Part shown: piece by piece, positions 38,901 to 47,252 of the stretch
Numbering within the stretch: the stretch's first letter is position 1
Layout of the letters: each line of letters begins with the position of its first letter
NCBI GenBank assembly: GCA_026391805.1
Contig: JAPLDJ010000022.1
Coordinates: 2,253-66,252 of the forward strand
Direction of reading: 5' to 3'
DNA from: Bacteroidota bacterium
Lineage (GTDB): Bacteria > Bacteroidota > Bacteroidia > Bacteroidales > FEN-979
Length of the DNA: 64,000 bases
Notes under the pieces: model-generated
What the model saw: the letters and a program-made list of their open reading frames with translations, nothing else
Told to the model about the DNA's origin: nothing
The model's database searches: none
Translations under genes and position numbers: made by a program

Positions 38901-39594
38901 TTATTGTATCGCGAAGCATTGTGCCTACAGGGACTCCATTATAAGCGGAATTGCCCTGGATGTTATTATAATTTCCATCGAACTTGTAATAACCCAGCAA
39001 GCCGGTTTGAGTAGTCGGATTTGGAAGGTTGTACATATTACCGGCAATTTGAGCTTGTGTACGTGCAACATTCCATATACGAACCTCGTCAATATAACCT
39101 ATAAATTGCTCATAAAAAGCGGATATTGAACTCATGTTCCCGATTCCGGTTGTATGGGCATTTTGTACCAACGTACCTGTCCAATGTTTTGATGCTACTC
39201 GGACTCCATTCAAAAAATATTTAATGGTGTCTCCATCATAGGTGGCAGCCACATGATAAGTTGAATCAAAACAAAGAGCAAACGGGTTTGCAAGAGTTGT
39301 AAACCCGGAGGACGTAGTCACTTCAAAATCTGCAGGTCGTAACAAGTAATTACAGTCAACCTGACCGAAATGCTTGGAAACAATGTTGTAGTAAGCTGGT
39401 GGAGAGGAGATCTGTTTAACGATCAAAGCTTCGACTGTTATTGAACTTCCGGAAACGCTTAAGTCCCCAATGTCAATCCTGTTATTCGTGGTATTTATGG
39501 GGAAATACAGCCATTTATTTGGCTGGCAGAACGAATTTATTGACAGAAGAACAGCAACGATTGTTATCAGCCCGGTGATCAACTTTGTTTTCAT
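35920..39594 (-). CDS. Large secreted protein: LamG-like domain + 8 tandem Ig-like repeats + C-terminal Fibrobacter-succinogenes-major-paralogous (FISUMP) domain
   Basis: I chose the start at Met22 (MKTKLITG..., signal peptide). The LamG-like region shows IGYIDEVRIWNVARTQAQI. Eight repeats of about 79 aa each contain C.G..VT[FY]TA.P.NGG..P.YQW.VNG...G.NS..Y.Y.P..GD.V.C.L. The C-terminus (DIRDGRSYPTVQIGTQCWMAANLNF...CPPAWHIPTENEW...FQVRCIKDQ) matches the TIGR02145-type domain as I recall it. Confidence 0.8.
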   Translation of the reverse strand: MKTKLITGLITIVAVLLSINSFCQPNKWLYFPINTTNNRIDIGDLSVSGSSITVEALIVKQISSPPAYYNIVSKHFGQVDCNYLLRPADFEVTTSSGFTTLANPFALCFDSTYHVAATYDGDTIKYFLNGVRVASKHWTGTLVQNAHTTGIGNMSSISAFYEQFIGYIDEVRIWNVARTQAQIAGNMYNLPNPTTQTGLLGYYKFDGNYNNIQGNSAYNGVPVGTMLRDTINTLFDGSVSNPTANVSVTISATNTSVCSGTPVTFSAVPLNGGSSPVYQWKVNGNNAGTNSPNYTYTPSNGDVVTCRLTSSLACATNNPATSNQIVMIVSSTLPVSVTITCSANPYCEGTSVTYTATPVNGGTSPAYQWKVNGSNVGSNSPSYTYFPVNGDIVTCMLASNVTCPSGNPAISNPITMTEIPNSPVSVSINASANPVCSVTLVTYTATPTNGGTIPFYQWKVNGSNSGTNSTSFIYTPLNNDVVTCELTSSLTDCISNNPATSNAITMIVNPALPVSVGISASANPVCSGTSVSFTATPVNGGSTPVYQWMVNSLPVGTNNPVYTYVPLTGDVVTCTLTSDALCSTGSPATSAPVTMIVNANMPVNVSISASSNPFCQGSTVTFTAMPTNSGSTPAYQWKVNGINAGTNSSSYSYIPNNGNVVSCVLNSNIACPIGNPANSNVITMIQNNTVPVNVSIAASSNPVCAGTSVTFTAIPANGGGAPVYQWKLNGSNTGTNSPTYSYLPATGDIVTCTLTSNAACASGNPATSNSVTMTVNPNLPVSISVSASANPVCAGTSVTYTATPVNGGSSPSYQWFVNSNPVGMNSPTYSYIPNNGDLVSSTLTSSAICAINNPATSNQQPVSVNPNMPVSVTITASANPICSGVSVIFTAIPTNGGSTPVYQWKVNGTNVGTSSATYTYNPVAGEQVNCILTSNIVCPTGNPGTSNTITMNVAALAVVTFPSCFDTITTVNAKPIKLKGGIPLGGTYSGPGVNSLTSVFSPSLAGGGTHTITYSYTNASLCTAAMTRTINVLSAQAFICGNNLSDIRDGRSYPTVQIGTQCWMAANLNFGSMIPSNTAQRDNCTWEKYCYNDLLSNCGSQAYYQWDELMRYDETPAQQGICPPAWHIPTENEWNTLFLNWTNNAFAGAPLKYSGYSGYNALLYGADHLNVQWDYAGFASFFWSSTPRGNTKAWAHGMNDFDPSVASYPSSRVNAFQVRCIKDQ

Positions 39595-39850
39595 CAGATG
39601 TGGAGACGATGCATTGTAGTAAAGAGTAGTGATAATTAAAAGGGTTGAATTATACAATACTTTATACCAGAATTCTAATAATTAATTTCACATTGCGGGA
39701 AACAATATAAAAGTAGGAAAAGTAACAATCCGAGAAGTAATGATGCTACATCATCTTATCGTTTATTTGTAAAGATATAAATAATTCTAATGATTGGCAA
39801 GTGCATCATTGGATATTATCTTCAACTTGGATAGGGGGTATTGTAAAAAG

Positions 39851-39892
39851 AAAACAAAAACCCATATATCGTTTAAATAAGAGATATATGGG
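39851..39892 (-). terminator. Rho-independent terminator downstream of ssrA
   Basis: A perfect 10-bp stem (CCCATATATC 39861-39870 pairing with GATATATGGG 39883-39892) encloses a 12-nt loop. On the minus strand it is followed by TTTTTGTTTT. Confidence 0.75.
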
Positions 39893-39901
39893 CTTTTGTT
39901 G

Positions 39902-40270
39902 TGGAGTTGGAGGGATTCGAACCCTCGTCCAAACAAGCAGCAAAATTGTTTTCTACATGCTTAGCAACCGGTTGATTGTCGGGAAAAAGCTGGCCGGATG
40001 CAGGCCCACCTTGACCTTATTTCCTAAATTTCATCCTGACATCGGAACCCTGGCAGGACCATCTCAACTTTTGCGATGCCTCGCACGGGACACCGTTGAG
40101 AAAGGTTTCCCGGGAGACAAGAGGCACTTAATTTCTAAAATTAAGCAGCCAGTCTGTAAGAATAATTGTCGCCATTTATTGGCTGTGAGAATTGGCTTTT
40201 AGCGGGACCTGTTCTCAACGCCCGGCATGCTTGCAATCCCACTTCCTTGCTGTCAAAACCGGTCAACCCC
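39902..40270 (-). ncRNA. ssrA: tmRNA (SsrA)
   Basis: On the minus strand the 5' end GGGGTTGACCGG pairs with the 3' end CAACTCC-A, including the G3:U alanine identity pair. The T-arm reads GGGTTCGAATCCC. An internal tag reading frame, GGC GAC AAT TAT TCT TAC AGA CTG GCT GCT TAA (40173 down to 40141), encodes GDNYSYRLAA. The 3' CCA is not encoded. Confidence 0.9.
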
Positions 40271-40322
40271 GATAATTTCAATTTATGGAATTCGGGAGCA
40301 AAGATACGATAATATAAGGTAA

Positions 40323-41306
40323 TCACGACGCCAGCAGCTTTCCGACAAAGGCAGAAAGGTCGTATTTGGTATGAAAAATCTTATAAAGCTCTGCAATGAT
40401 CGGAAATTCCTTCCCGACATCAAGGAATTTTGATATTTCCTCATAAAAGACATCCACGGCAACCCTTCCCTCAAGAACAAGATCGTGCGACACATGTTCA
40501 GTGAAGAATCCTTTTCCGATGAGTAATCCGAATGTCCTGTTCCGGCTCAGGTCGTTTAGTGCAGTGAGGGTGAAATCCCCGTATCCGCAATACTTGAAAA
40601 GGGTCTCTTCCTTTCCGCCGAAGTGGAGCAGGATCTTCCGCATTTCATTAAACGCCTTTGTCAGGACCAGGAATCGGATATTGGGCGAATCGAAATGTGC
40701 ATCAACAATACCCAGGGATATCGCATAAATATTTTTCAGGATGCTTAAGATTTCAACACCTTCAATATCGTCAGAGCGGTCGGTGTAGATTGTCGTGCCT
40801 TCAAATACAGTTTCCAGGAGATCTCCCGCTTCCGGATCAATGCATCCAATGGTAAACCCGGTTGGAACCCGGATGATGATATCCCTTGCAAAGCTGGGGC
40901 CCTTCATGGCACATATGGCATTTGGGAAACGCTGCTTTAAACAATGTACGATGGTCCTGTGTTCCGATCCAAAACCTTTGGCCAGATTGACTAATATTGC
41001 ATGTGTTGGAACAGAGGTCCGGATCTTTTGCATGTAATCAATTAATACAATTGAAGGAATGGCCAGGAATATAATATCAGCATTTAGCGCTTCTTCAATT
41101 TTTACTGTAGCTTTCAGTGCCGGATGAAGACGCACACTGGGAAAATATTTCTGATTGATCCCGGTTGAGTTGATCGAATGCACAACCTCATTCTCAATTG
41201 AGAAAAGCTTCACCGTGAAAGATTCTTTTTCGGCAAGAATGTTGCCTAAGGCAGTTCCGATCGTTCCGGCGCCGATAATGGAAATGTTCAGCGGTTTCTG
41301 TGGCAT
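40323..41306 (-). CDS. gpsA: NAD(P)H-dependent glycerol-3-phosphate dehydrogenase
   Basis: 327 aa with the N-terminal Rossmann motif ISIIGAGTIGTALGNILA. Length and domain order are GpsA-like. Confidence 0.8.
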   Translation of the reverse strand: MPQKPLNISIIGAGTIGTALGNILAEKESFTVKLFSIENEVVHSINSTGINQKYFPSVRLHPALKATVKIEEALNADIIFLAIPSIVLIDYMQKIRTSVPTHAILVNLAKGFGSEHRTIVHCLKQRFPNAICAMKGPSFARDIIIRVPTGFTIGCIDPEAGDLLETVFEGTTIYTDRSDDIEGVEILSILKNIYAISLGIVDAHFDSPNIRFLVLTKAFNEMRKILLHFGGKEETLFKYCGYGDFTLTALNDLSRNRTFGLLIGKGFFTEHVSHDLVLEGRVAVDVFYEEISKFLDVGKEFPIIAELYKIFHTKYDLSAFVGKLLAS

Positions 41307-41328
41307 AGCGTATTTCTAAGAATCTTGT

Positions 41329-43716
41329 TTACCTTTTCACGGGCAAAAATAAAGAAAAGCAAGCTCCATGGGTTCCGTCAATTTCAATTTCAGCTTCCAG
41401 TTGCTGTGAAAGGAGATCGATGATCTGGCTGCCCATGGATGTCCTGCCTTTAAAAGTAAAATTATCTGGTAATCCTGTTCCATCATCTTTCACTGTGAGT
41501 TTTCTCATCGGAAATAATGAATTATTTTCATCGGTAACGACTTCATATCTGACCCAGATATTACCTTCTTGATTGTCCGGAAAAGCGTATTTATAAGTAT
41601 TTGTGAGCAATTCATTCAGGATCAGCCCGAGCGGAAGGATGATTTTTACCTCCATAATCTCATCTAAGAGTTCCAGGTGAACATGGATACGATCATCGCC
41701 GAAAGTTGATGCGACAATGGTTATCAGGTTAGTGAGATATTCGCCGCTTTGTAATACTTCGATATCCCTGCTTTTATAAAGCTGTTCATGCACGAGTGCC
41801 ATGGCCCGTACACGAAACTGAAGATCAGCAAAAACGTTAACTGTCTTGGTGTCGGAAAACTGCCTTTGTTGCATGCTTACCATGCTTGCCAGGATCGCAA
41901 GGTTGTTCTTGACCCTGTGATGGACCTCTTTGATCAGCATCTCTTTTTGCGCTGCAGCTTCCATCAGAGCATCTTCCTGATTGATTTTTTTGGAGATGTC
42001 CCTTGTAATCGCGAGCATAGCTTGCAATTCGTTGGTGGAATCATCAAAAATCGGGTTGATCGTACTTTCCGCCCAGAATACCGAACCGTCCTTTCTTATC
42101 GCCTGCCAGATGAATTTTGTCGAATCACGGTATTCCAGCATTGCATGGAAATTCTTCCTGACTTCTTTAAGGGATTCAGGATGAAGAATTTTATTGAGAG
42201 CATCCATTTCCAGGACTTCAGCGGCAGTGTATCCAAACAGCTGCTCACAATATGGGGAAACGTAAAGGATTTTGAAATCGGAGTCCAGAAGTGCGATCGG
42301 ATCGGAAGCATGATCGGCAAGAAACCGGAATTGTTGCTCACTTCTGCTTAATTCCTCATTCAGGATCTCTTTTTCTTTTATTTCATCCTTGAGTTGAAAA
42401 TTAATTTCCTCGACATTCTCTTTTTCTTTCTTCTTTTTAATAAAAAGCCTCATAATAAATACAGTGATAAAAATCATCAGGATGAGAAGAAAAAAGAACA
42501 GAAGTACCAGGAGGTTCCTGTTCTTTACCTGCAGTGACTGGATAGCATTCAGAGTTTTTAACTGACGTGTCTGCAATTCTTTCTCGGTGATGATCCTGTT
42601 GACTTCCATGATTGTCGACTCATACTGATTCCTTTCATAGGAAAGCTTTTCTTTTAAATCAATGTATTCTTTGAATGCCAGAAATGCATTTTGCCAATCC
42701 TTTTTCTGAAAGTAGATCTGGTACAAATTGTTATAGCCATTTGCTTTAAAATTCGTCGAGTTATTCTTAATCGCCATTTCAATGCCTGCTTTCGTATAGA
42801 AAAGTGCAGAATCCAGCTTCCCCATTTTAGTATAAGCATGCCCGAGGTTCATCAATGAACTGGGGACTAACCATCTAAACTTGGTTTTTTCCCTTGAGGC
42901 CAATGCTTTTTTGTCATAATACAATGTGCTGTCGTAATCAGACCACATTTCATAAATATGTCCGATCAGTGTATACAGGGTGCCATAGTCAATGCGATGG
43001 TCAAAGTTCTTTTTATGGACTGCCTCCTGGTAAAAAGCGAGTGCTTTTTCATACTGATAATCCGAAAGATAAAGGTTGCCAAGGTGAATAATCGTCCATA
43101 TTTCATTGCCGAAATCCTGATGCCTTTTACTGATAAAGAGTGCATAATAATAATTATTCAACGCTTCTTTGAATTTACCCTTTTCTTTAAGAAGGTCTCC
43201 TAAACCGACATAAAACTTCAGGATCCGAACAGTATTTTTCTGACGTGTCGCCAGAGACAACCCCGCTTTCATGTACTCTTCTGCACGGTCAAACCGTTTA
43301 AGGTCGAGGAAAATAATACCGCCAATCTGGTAGGCATACATTAACACTGAATCACCTGGCAAATTCTCATAAATATCCCGCGTTGCAAAAATGTACTCCA
43401 ATGCCTTCGATGGCATTCTGTGAAGGTTGTAAAAACATGCAATGATGGTATTTGCAGTTGCCTGTCCAACGGAATAGTTAATCTTCCTGGATGATGTTAA
43501 TGCTTTTTCAGCAAGTTGAAATGCCAGCCTGTCATTGAAATCCATTGAATCACTTGCAATTTTGTTGAGGATATTTATCCTCATTTTCTCTTTAAAAATA
43601 GAATTGGCTGAACACTGATGGTTCTGAGAATTCAAAGTTGTTTGTGCCCGCCCAATCGCAGAGAAGAGGGAGGCAATCAGAAGCATGAAAAATATCCGTA
43701 GATATACTTTTTGCAT
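41329..43716 (-). CDS. TPR-repeat sensor histidine kinase (signal peptide, TPR ectodomain, TM, coiled coil, PAS, HisKA_2, HATPase)
   Basis: 795 aa with a TM segment (LLVLLFFFLLILMIFITVFIM), a PAS region (FRFLADHASDPIALLD...), the HisKA_2 H-box HHRVKNNLAILAS, and an ATPase G-box region (DDGTGLPDNF...GMGSQII). Confidence 0.85.
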   Translation of the reverse strand: MQKVYLRIFFMLLIASLFSAIGRAQTTLNSQNHQCSANSIFKEKMRINILNKIASDSMDFNDRLAFQLAEKALTSSRKINYSVGQATANTIIACFYNLHRMPSKALEYIFATRDIYENLPGDSVLMYAYQIGGIIFLDLKRFDRAEEYMKAGLSLATRQKNTVRILKFYVGLGDLLKEKGKFKEALNNYYYALFISKRHQDFGNEIWTIIHLGNLYLSDYQYEKALAFYQEAVHKKNFDHRIDYGTLYTLIGHIYEMWSDYDSTLYYDKKALASREKTKFRWLVPSSLMNLGHAYTKMGKLDSALFYTKAGIEMAIKNNSTNFKANGYNNLYQIYFQKKDWQNAFLAFKEYIDLKEKLSYERNQYESTIMEVNRIITEKELQTRQLKTLNAIQSLQVKNRNLLVLLFFFLLILMIFITVFIMRLFIKKKKEKENVEEINFQLKDEIKEKEILNEELSRSEQQFRFLADHASDPIALLDSDFKILYVSPYCEQLFGYTAAEVLEMDALNKILHPESLKEVRKNFHAMLEYRDSTKFIWQAIRKDGSVFWAESTINPIFDDSTNELQAMLAITRDISKKINQEDALMEAAAQKEMLIKEVHHRVKNNLAILASMVSMQQRQFSDTKTVNVFADLQFRVRAMALVHEQLYKSRDIEVLQSGEYLTNLITIVASTFGDDRIHVHLELLDEIMEVKIILPLGLILNELLTNTYKYAFPDNQEGNIWVRYEVVTDENNSLFPMRKLTVKDDGTGLPDNFTFKGRTSMGSQIIDLLSQQLEAEIEIDGTHGACFSLFLPVKR

Positions 43717-43747
43717 AGGTTTTCCCGGAGGAAACAGGGAATTTTGT

Positions 43748-46132
43748 TTACCGTCTGGTCGGTAAAGTTAAGGAAAAACTTGCTCCGTTGGTGCCGTCAA
43801 TCACAAGGTCAGCCTCCAGTTGTTCAGACAGAAGGTCAATGATCTGACTCCCCATCGATGTCCTGTCTTTCAGGGTGAAATTATCAGGCAGCCCAATGCC
43901 ATCATCCTTAACGGTAAGTTGCCTCATCGGGTAAGGGGATCTCTTCTGACGGCGGGTCTTCTTATAAATGACCCAGATATTTCCTTCCCTGTTATCAGGA
44001 AATGCATATTTATAGGCATTTGTGAGTAGCTCGTTCAGAATCAGCCCAAGAGAAAGCACCGTTTCAACTTCCAGGACTTCATCATAGATTTCCCCGTGCA
44101 CCTTGATCCTGCTGTTACCAAATGTGGATGAAACAGTTTGAATGAGGTTTGAGATGTATCCGCGGATCTCCAGTTCTTCGATGTCCCGGCTCTTGTATAG
44201 CTGCTCATGAACGAGAGCCATCGCCTTAACCCGGAACTGAAGATCTGAAAAAACATTGATGGTTTTAGTGTCGGAGAATTCCCTCTGCTGCATGCTCACA
44301 ATGCTTGCCAGGATTGCGAGGTTGTTTTTAACCCGGTGGTGAACCTCCTTGATCATCATCTCTCTTTGCGAAGTGGCTTGCATCATTGCCTCCTCCTGGT
44401 CGATCTTATGAGATATGTCCCTTGAAATGGCAAGCATTGCCTTAAGTTCTTTCGTTGATTCGTTAAGAATCGGGTTAATCGTACTTTCAGCCCAGAACGA
44501 CGAACCATCTTTTTTTACAGCCTGATAAATAAACCGGGAGGAATCACCGAATTCAAGCATTGTATCAAACTCCCGCTGAAACGCTCGTTGCGAATCAGGA
44601 TGAATGATTTCCCGAAAATCGTTCATTTCTGTCAGTTCGGCAGGAGTATAGCCGAGTACCAGTTCACTGAAAGGAGAGACATAGAGGCATTTGAAATTAT
44701 TATCCATCAATACGATCGGATCGGCAGCATTATCGGCAAGAAACCGGAAATGTTTTTCACTCTTGCTCAATTCCTCATTTTCGATCTCCTTTTCTTTGAT
44801 TTCATCCTGGAGGTGAGTATTGATTTCTTCGACAATTTGTTTTTCTTTTTTGTTTTTTAAGAAAAGGTTAATGATAAAAACGACAACGATCAGTGTCAGG
44901 AAGAACAGAGAAACAAATAACAATATAAGAAGGCCCCTGTTCCTCATCTGAAGACTTTGAATATTATTTTCGCTTTTTAATAAAAGTGTCTCCTTTTCTT
45001 TTTCGCTAATAATCCTGTTGGTCTCCAGAATAAAGATTTTATTCTGATTGATTTCAGATGAGAATATTTCTTTTGAAACAATATAATCCTTTAAAGCTAA
45101 AAAAGCATGGTGCCAATCCTTTTTAAGATTATATAACTCATATAAATTGAGATAACCGTTTTCTTTAAAATCATTTGCATTTGAATTTTTTGCAGTTTTA
45201 AGACCGGTTTGTAAATAATATAAAGACGAATCAAGTATGCCCATTTTTAAATAAATATGACCAATATTTATTAAGGAGCTAGCAACCAGATTATAATAGT
45301 CGTTTTTTCTTCTAGTTGACAGGGCGATTCTGTTGTATTCTAATGCATTAGTATAATCAGATTTTAATTCATAAATATGGCCAACTAATGTGTATAATTT
45401 GCCATTTACTACTTGTAATGCTTGATCACTTTTATTAATTGCTTGCTTATAAAATGATAGGGCTAAATCAACTTGGTTATGTGATAAGTATAAGTTACCA
45501 ATATTTAATAAAACCCAGACTTCAAAATTTATATCCGCCTTAGTTTTACTTAACGAATAAGCATAATAAAAATAATTTAGGGCATCATTCATTTCCCCTT
45601 TTTCATTCATGATCAATCCTATACCAATAGAAAGATTAATAATCCTTTCGACGTTATTCTTTTTCTTGGCTAATGAAATGCCTTTTCTAAGGTAAACTTC
45701 AGCGCGATCATACCTTTTCAGACTATAAAAAATGCTACCACATAACTGATTTGCATACATTAATACCGTATCACCTGGTTGCTGCTGATAAAGGAGTAAA
45801 GTCGCATTGAGATGTTCTATTGCTTTTAAGAACTTCTGATGCTTGTAATAGAAAAATCCAATATTATTATTTGCTGAAGCCTCTCCTATCAAATAGTTAA
45901 TTTCTTTGGATAGTTTGAGTGCATTATTGGCAAGTTTATAAGATATGCTATCAGCGGATAATCTATATAAATAGGCGTTTTCATTTAATACGTTAACTAT
46001 AATCTTTTTCCTTTTTATTATTTCTCTATTGGAAATTACGCTGTCTGATTTTGGCAGATTAATCCCAAAGCCCTGAAATACAATCGATAACAATAATAGA
46101 ATTAATGCTAGAAATATGGAATATTTTTTCAT
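43748..46132 (-). CDS. TPR-repeat sensor histidine kinase, tandem paralogue of 41329..43716
   Basis: 794 aa with the same architecture. The cytoplasmic half is highly similar to its neighbour (for example KEVHHRVKNNLAILASIVSMQQREFSDTKTINVFSDLQFRVKAMALVHEQLYKSRDIE). The TPR ectodomain is more diverged. Confidence 0.85.
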   Translation of the reverse strand: MKKYSIFLALILLLLSIVFQGFGINLPKSDSVISNREIIKRKKIIVNVLNENAYLYRLSADSISYKLANNALKLSKEINYLIGEASANNNIGFFYYKHQKFLKAIEHLNATLLLYQQQPGDTVLMYANQLCGSIFYSLKRYDRAEVYLRKGISLAKKKNNVERIINLSIGIGLIMNEKGEMNDALNYFYYAYSLSKTKADINFEVWVLLNIGNLYLSHNQVDLALSFYKQAINKSDQALQVVNGKLYTLVGHIYELKSDYTNALEYNRIALSTRRKNDYYNLVASSLINIGHIYLKMGILDSSLYYLQTGLKTAKNSNANDFKENGYLNLYELYNLKKDWHHAFLALKDYIVSKEIFSSEINQNKIFILETNRIISEKEKETLLLKSENNIQSLQMRNRGLLILLFVSLFFLTLIVVVFIINLFLKNKKEKQIVEEINTHLQDEIKEKEIENEELSKSEKHFRFLADNAADPIVLMDNNFKCLYVSPFSELVLGYTPAELTEMNDFREIIHPDSQRAFQREFDTMLEFGDSSRFIYQAVKKDGSSFWAESTINPILNESTKELKAMLAISRDISHKIDQEEAMMQATSQREMMIKEVHHRVKNNLAILASIVSMQQREFSDTKTINVFSDLQFRVKAMALVHEQLYKSRDIEELEIRGYISNLIQTVSSTFGNSRIKVHGEIYDEVLEVETVLSLGLILNELLTNAYKYAFPDNREGNIWVIYKKTRRQKRSPYPMRQLTVKDDGIGLPDNFTLKDRTSMGSQIIDLLSEQLEADLVIDGTNGASFSLTLPTRR

Positions 46133-46155
46133 TTGATTTAAGTATACTATAATCG

Positions 46156-46163
46156 CAAATGTA
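46156..46163 (-). promoter_or_regulatory. Candidate -7 promoter box (TACATTTG on the minus strand) for the kinase pair
   Basis: The plus strand reads CAAATGTA. The box lies 23 nt upstream of the ATG at 46132. Confidence 0.4.
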
Positions 46164-46203
46164 TCAAATATTAAGATTATAACTCAGATCTTTAGGATTA
46201 TGT

Positions 46204-46211
46204 TAATTTTG
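46204..46211 (+). promoter_or_regulatory. Candidate -7 promoter box (TAATTTTG) for the polysaccharide locus
   Basis: Exact TAnnTTTG match, with 39 nt between the box and the ATG at 46251. Confidence 0.4.
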
Positions 46212-46250
46212 CAGGTAAAATCATTATAAAATAATCAAATAGGTTTAATA

Positions 46251-47249
46251 ATGCAACTTGAAAGAAAAAAGATTTTAATTACCGGCGGTGGAGGCTTTAT
46301 AGGTAGTCATCTAGTTGAACAATTGCTGACACTGGATTGTAATGTTAATGTCTTTATTCATTACAACTCTTTTAATAATTGGGGCTGGATTGATTCCTTT
46401 AATAAGGAATTGAAGGAAAAGATTCATGTTTTTACTGGTGATATACGTGATCCTAACGGGGTAAGAAATGCAATGAAAAATTCAGAAGTGGTTTTTCATC
46501 TTGCAGCACTTATAGGAATTCCTTATTCTTATCATTCACCTGATACCTATATTGATACAAATATCAAAGGGACTTTGAATATTCTTCAGGCAGCGCGTGA
46601 TCTTAATGTTCAAAAAGTTATACACACCTCTACGAGCGAGATATACGGTACCGCACAATTTGTTCCCATAACAGAACAACACCCCGTTAATCCTCAATCT
46701 CCATACGCTGCAACAAAGTCAGGTGCGGATTTTCTTGCATTGTCTTTTTTCCGGTCATTTGGCACCCCGGTTTCAGTAATAAGGCCATTTAACACATATG
46801 GCCCAAGGCAATCGGCCAGGGCGGTTATTCCTGCTATTATTACGCAGATCCTGGCTGGGAATCCTGTAATTAAATTAGGGGCCACAACACCCACCCGTGA
46901 TCTTAATTTTGTGGGAGATACCGTTCAAGGCTTTATAAAGGGAGCAGAATCTGACAATTCAGTCGGCGAGGTAATTCAACTTGGAACCGGTACAGAGATT
47001 TCTATCAATGATCTTGCCATTATGATCGCTGGTTTGATGGATAAAGAGATCGCAATCGAATCTTCTGTGGAAAGGTTAAGACCTGAAAAAAGTGAAGTTG
47101 AGCGGCTGATTGCTGATCCTTCGAAAGCCCAAAGTTTACTCGGTTGGCGACCGCTGGTTAATCTTGAACAAGGTTTACGGGAAACTATAAGATGGTTCTC
47201 GGATAAAAAAAACTTGTCCTTCTACAAACACGAAATTTATAACATTTGA
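46251..47249 (+). CDS. NAD-dependent NDP-sugar 4,6-dehydratase/epimerase (extended SDR)
   Basis: 332 aa with the Rossmann motif TGGGGFIGSHL, the STSEIYG motif and the catalytic YAATK. Confidence 0.8.
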   Translation: MQLERKKILITGGGGFIGSHLVEQLLTLDCNVNVFIHYNSFNNWGWIDSFNKELKEKIHVFTGDIRDPNGVRNAMKNSEVVFHLAALIGIPYSYHSPDTYIDTNIKGTLNILQAARDLNVQKVIHTSTSEIYGTAQFVPITEQHPVNPQSPYAATKSGADFLALSFFRSFGTPVSVIRPFNTYGPRQSARAVIPAIITQILAGNPVIKLGATTPTRDLNFVGDTVQGFIKGAESDNSVGEVIQLGTGTEISINDLAIMIAGLMDKEIAIESSVERLRPEKSEVERLIADPSKAQSLLGWRPLVNLEQGLRETIRWFSDKKNLSFYKHEIYNI

Positions 47250-47252
47250 ATT

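Noticed and set aside
39801-40326. ORFs 39801..40202(+) and 40141..40326(-).
   Set aside because: They overlap the tmRNA gene. The tmRNA structure (acceptor stem, T-arm, tag frame, terminator) explains the sequence.
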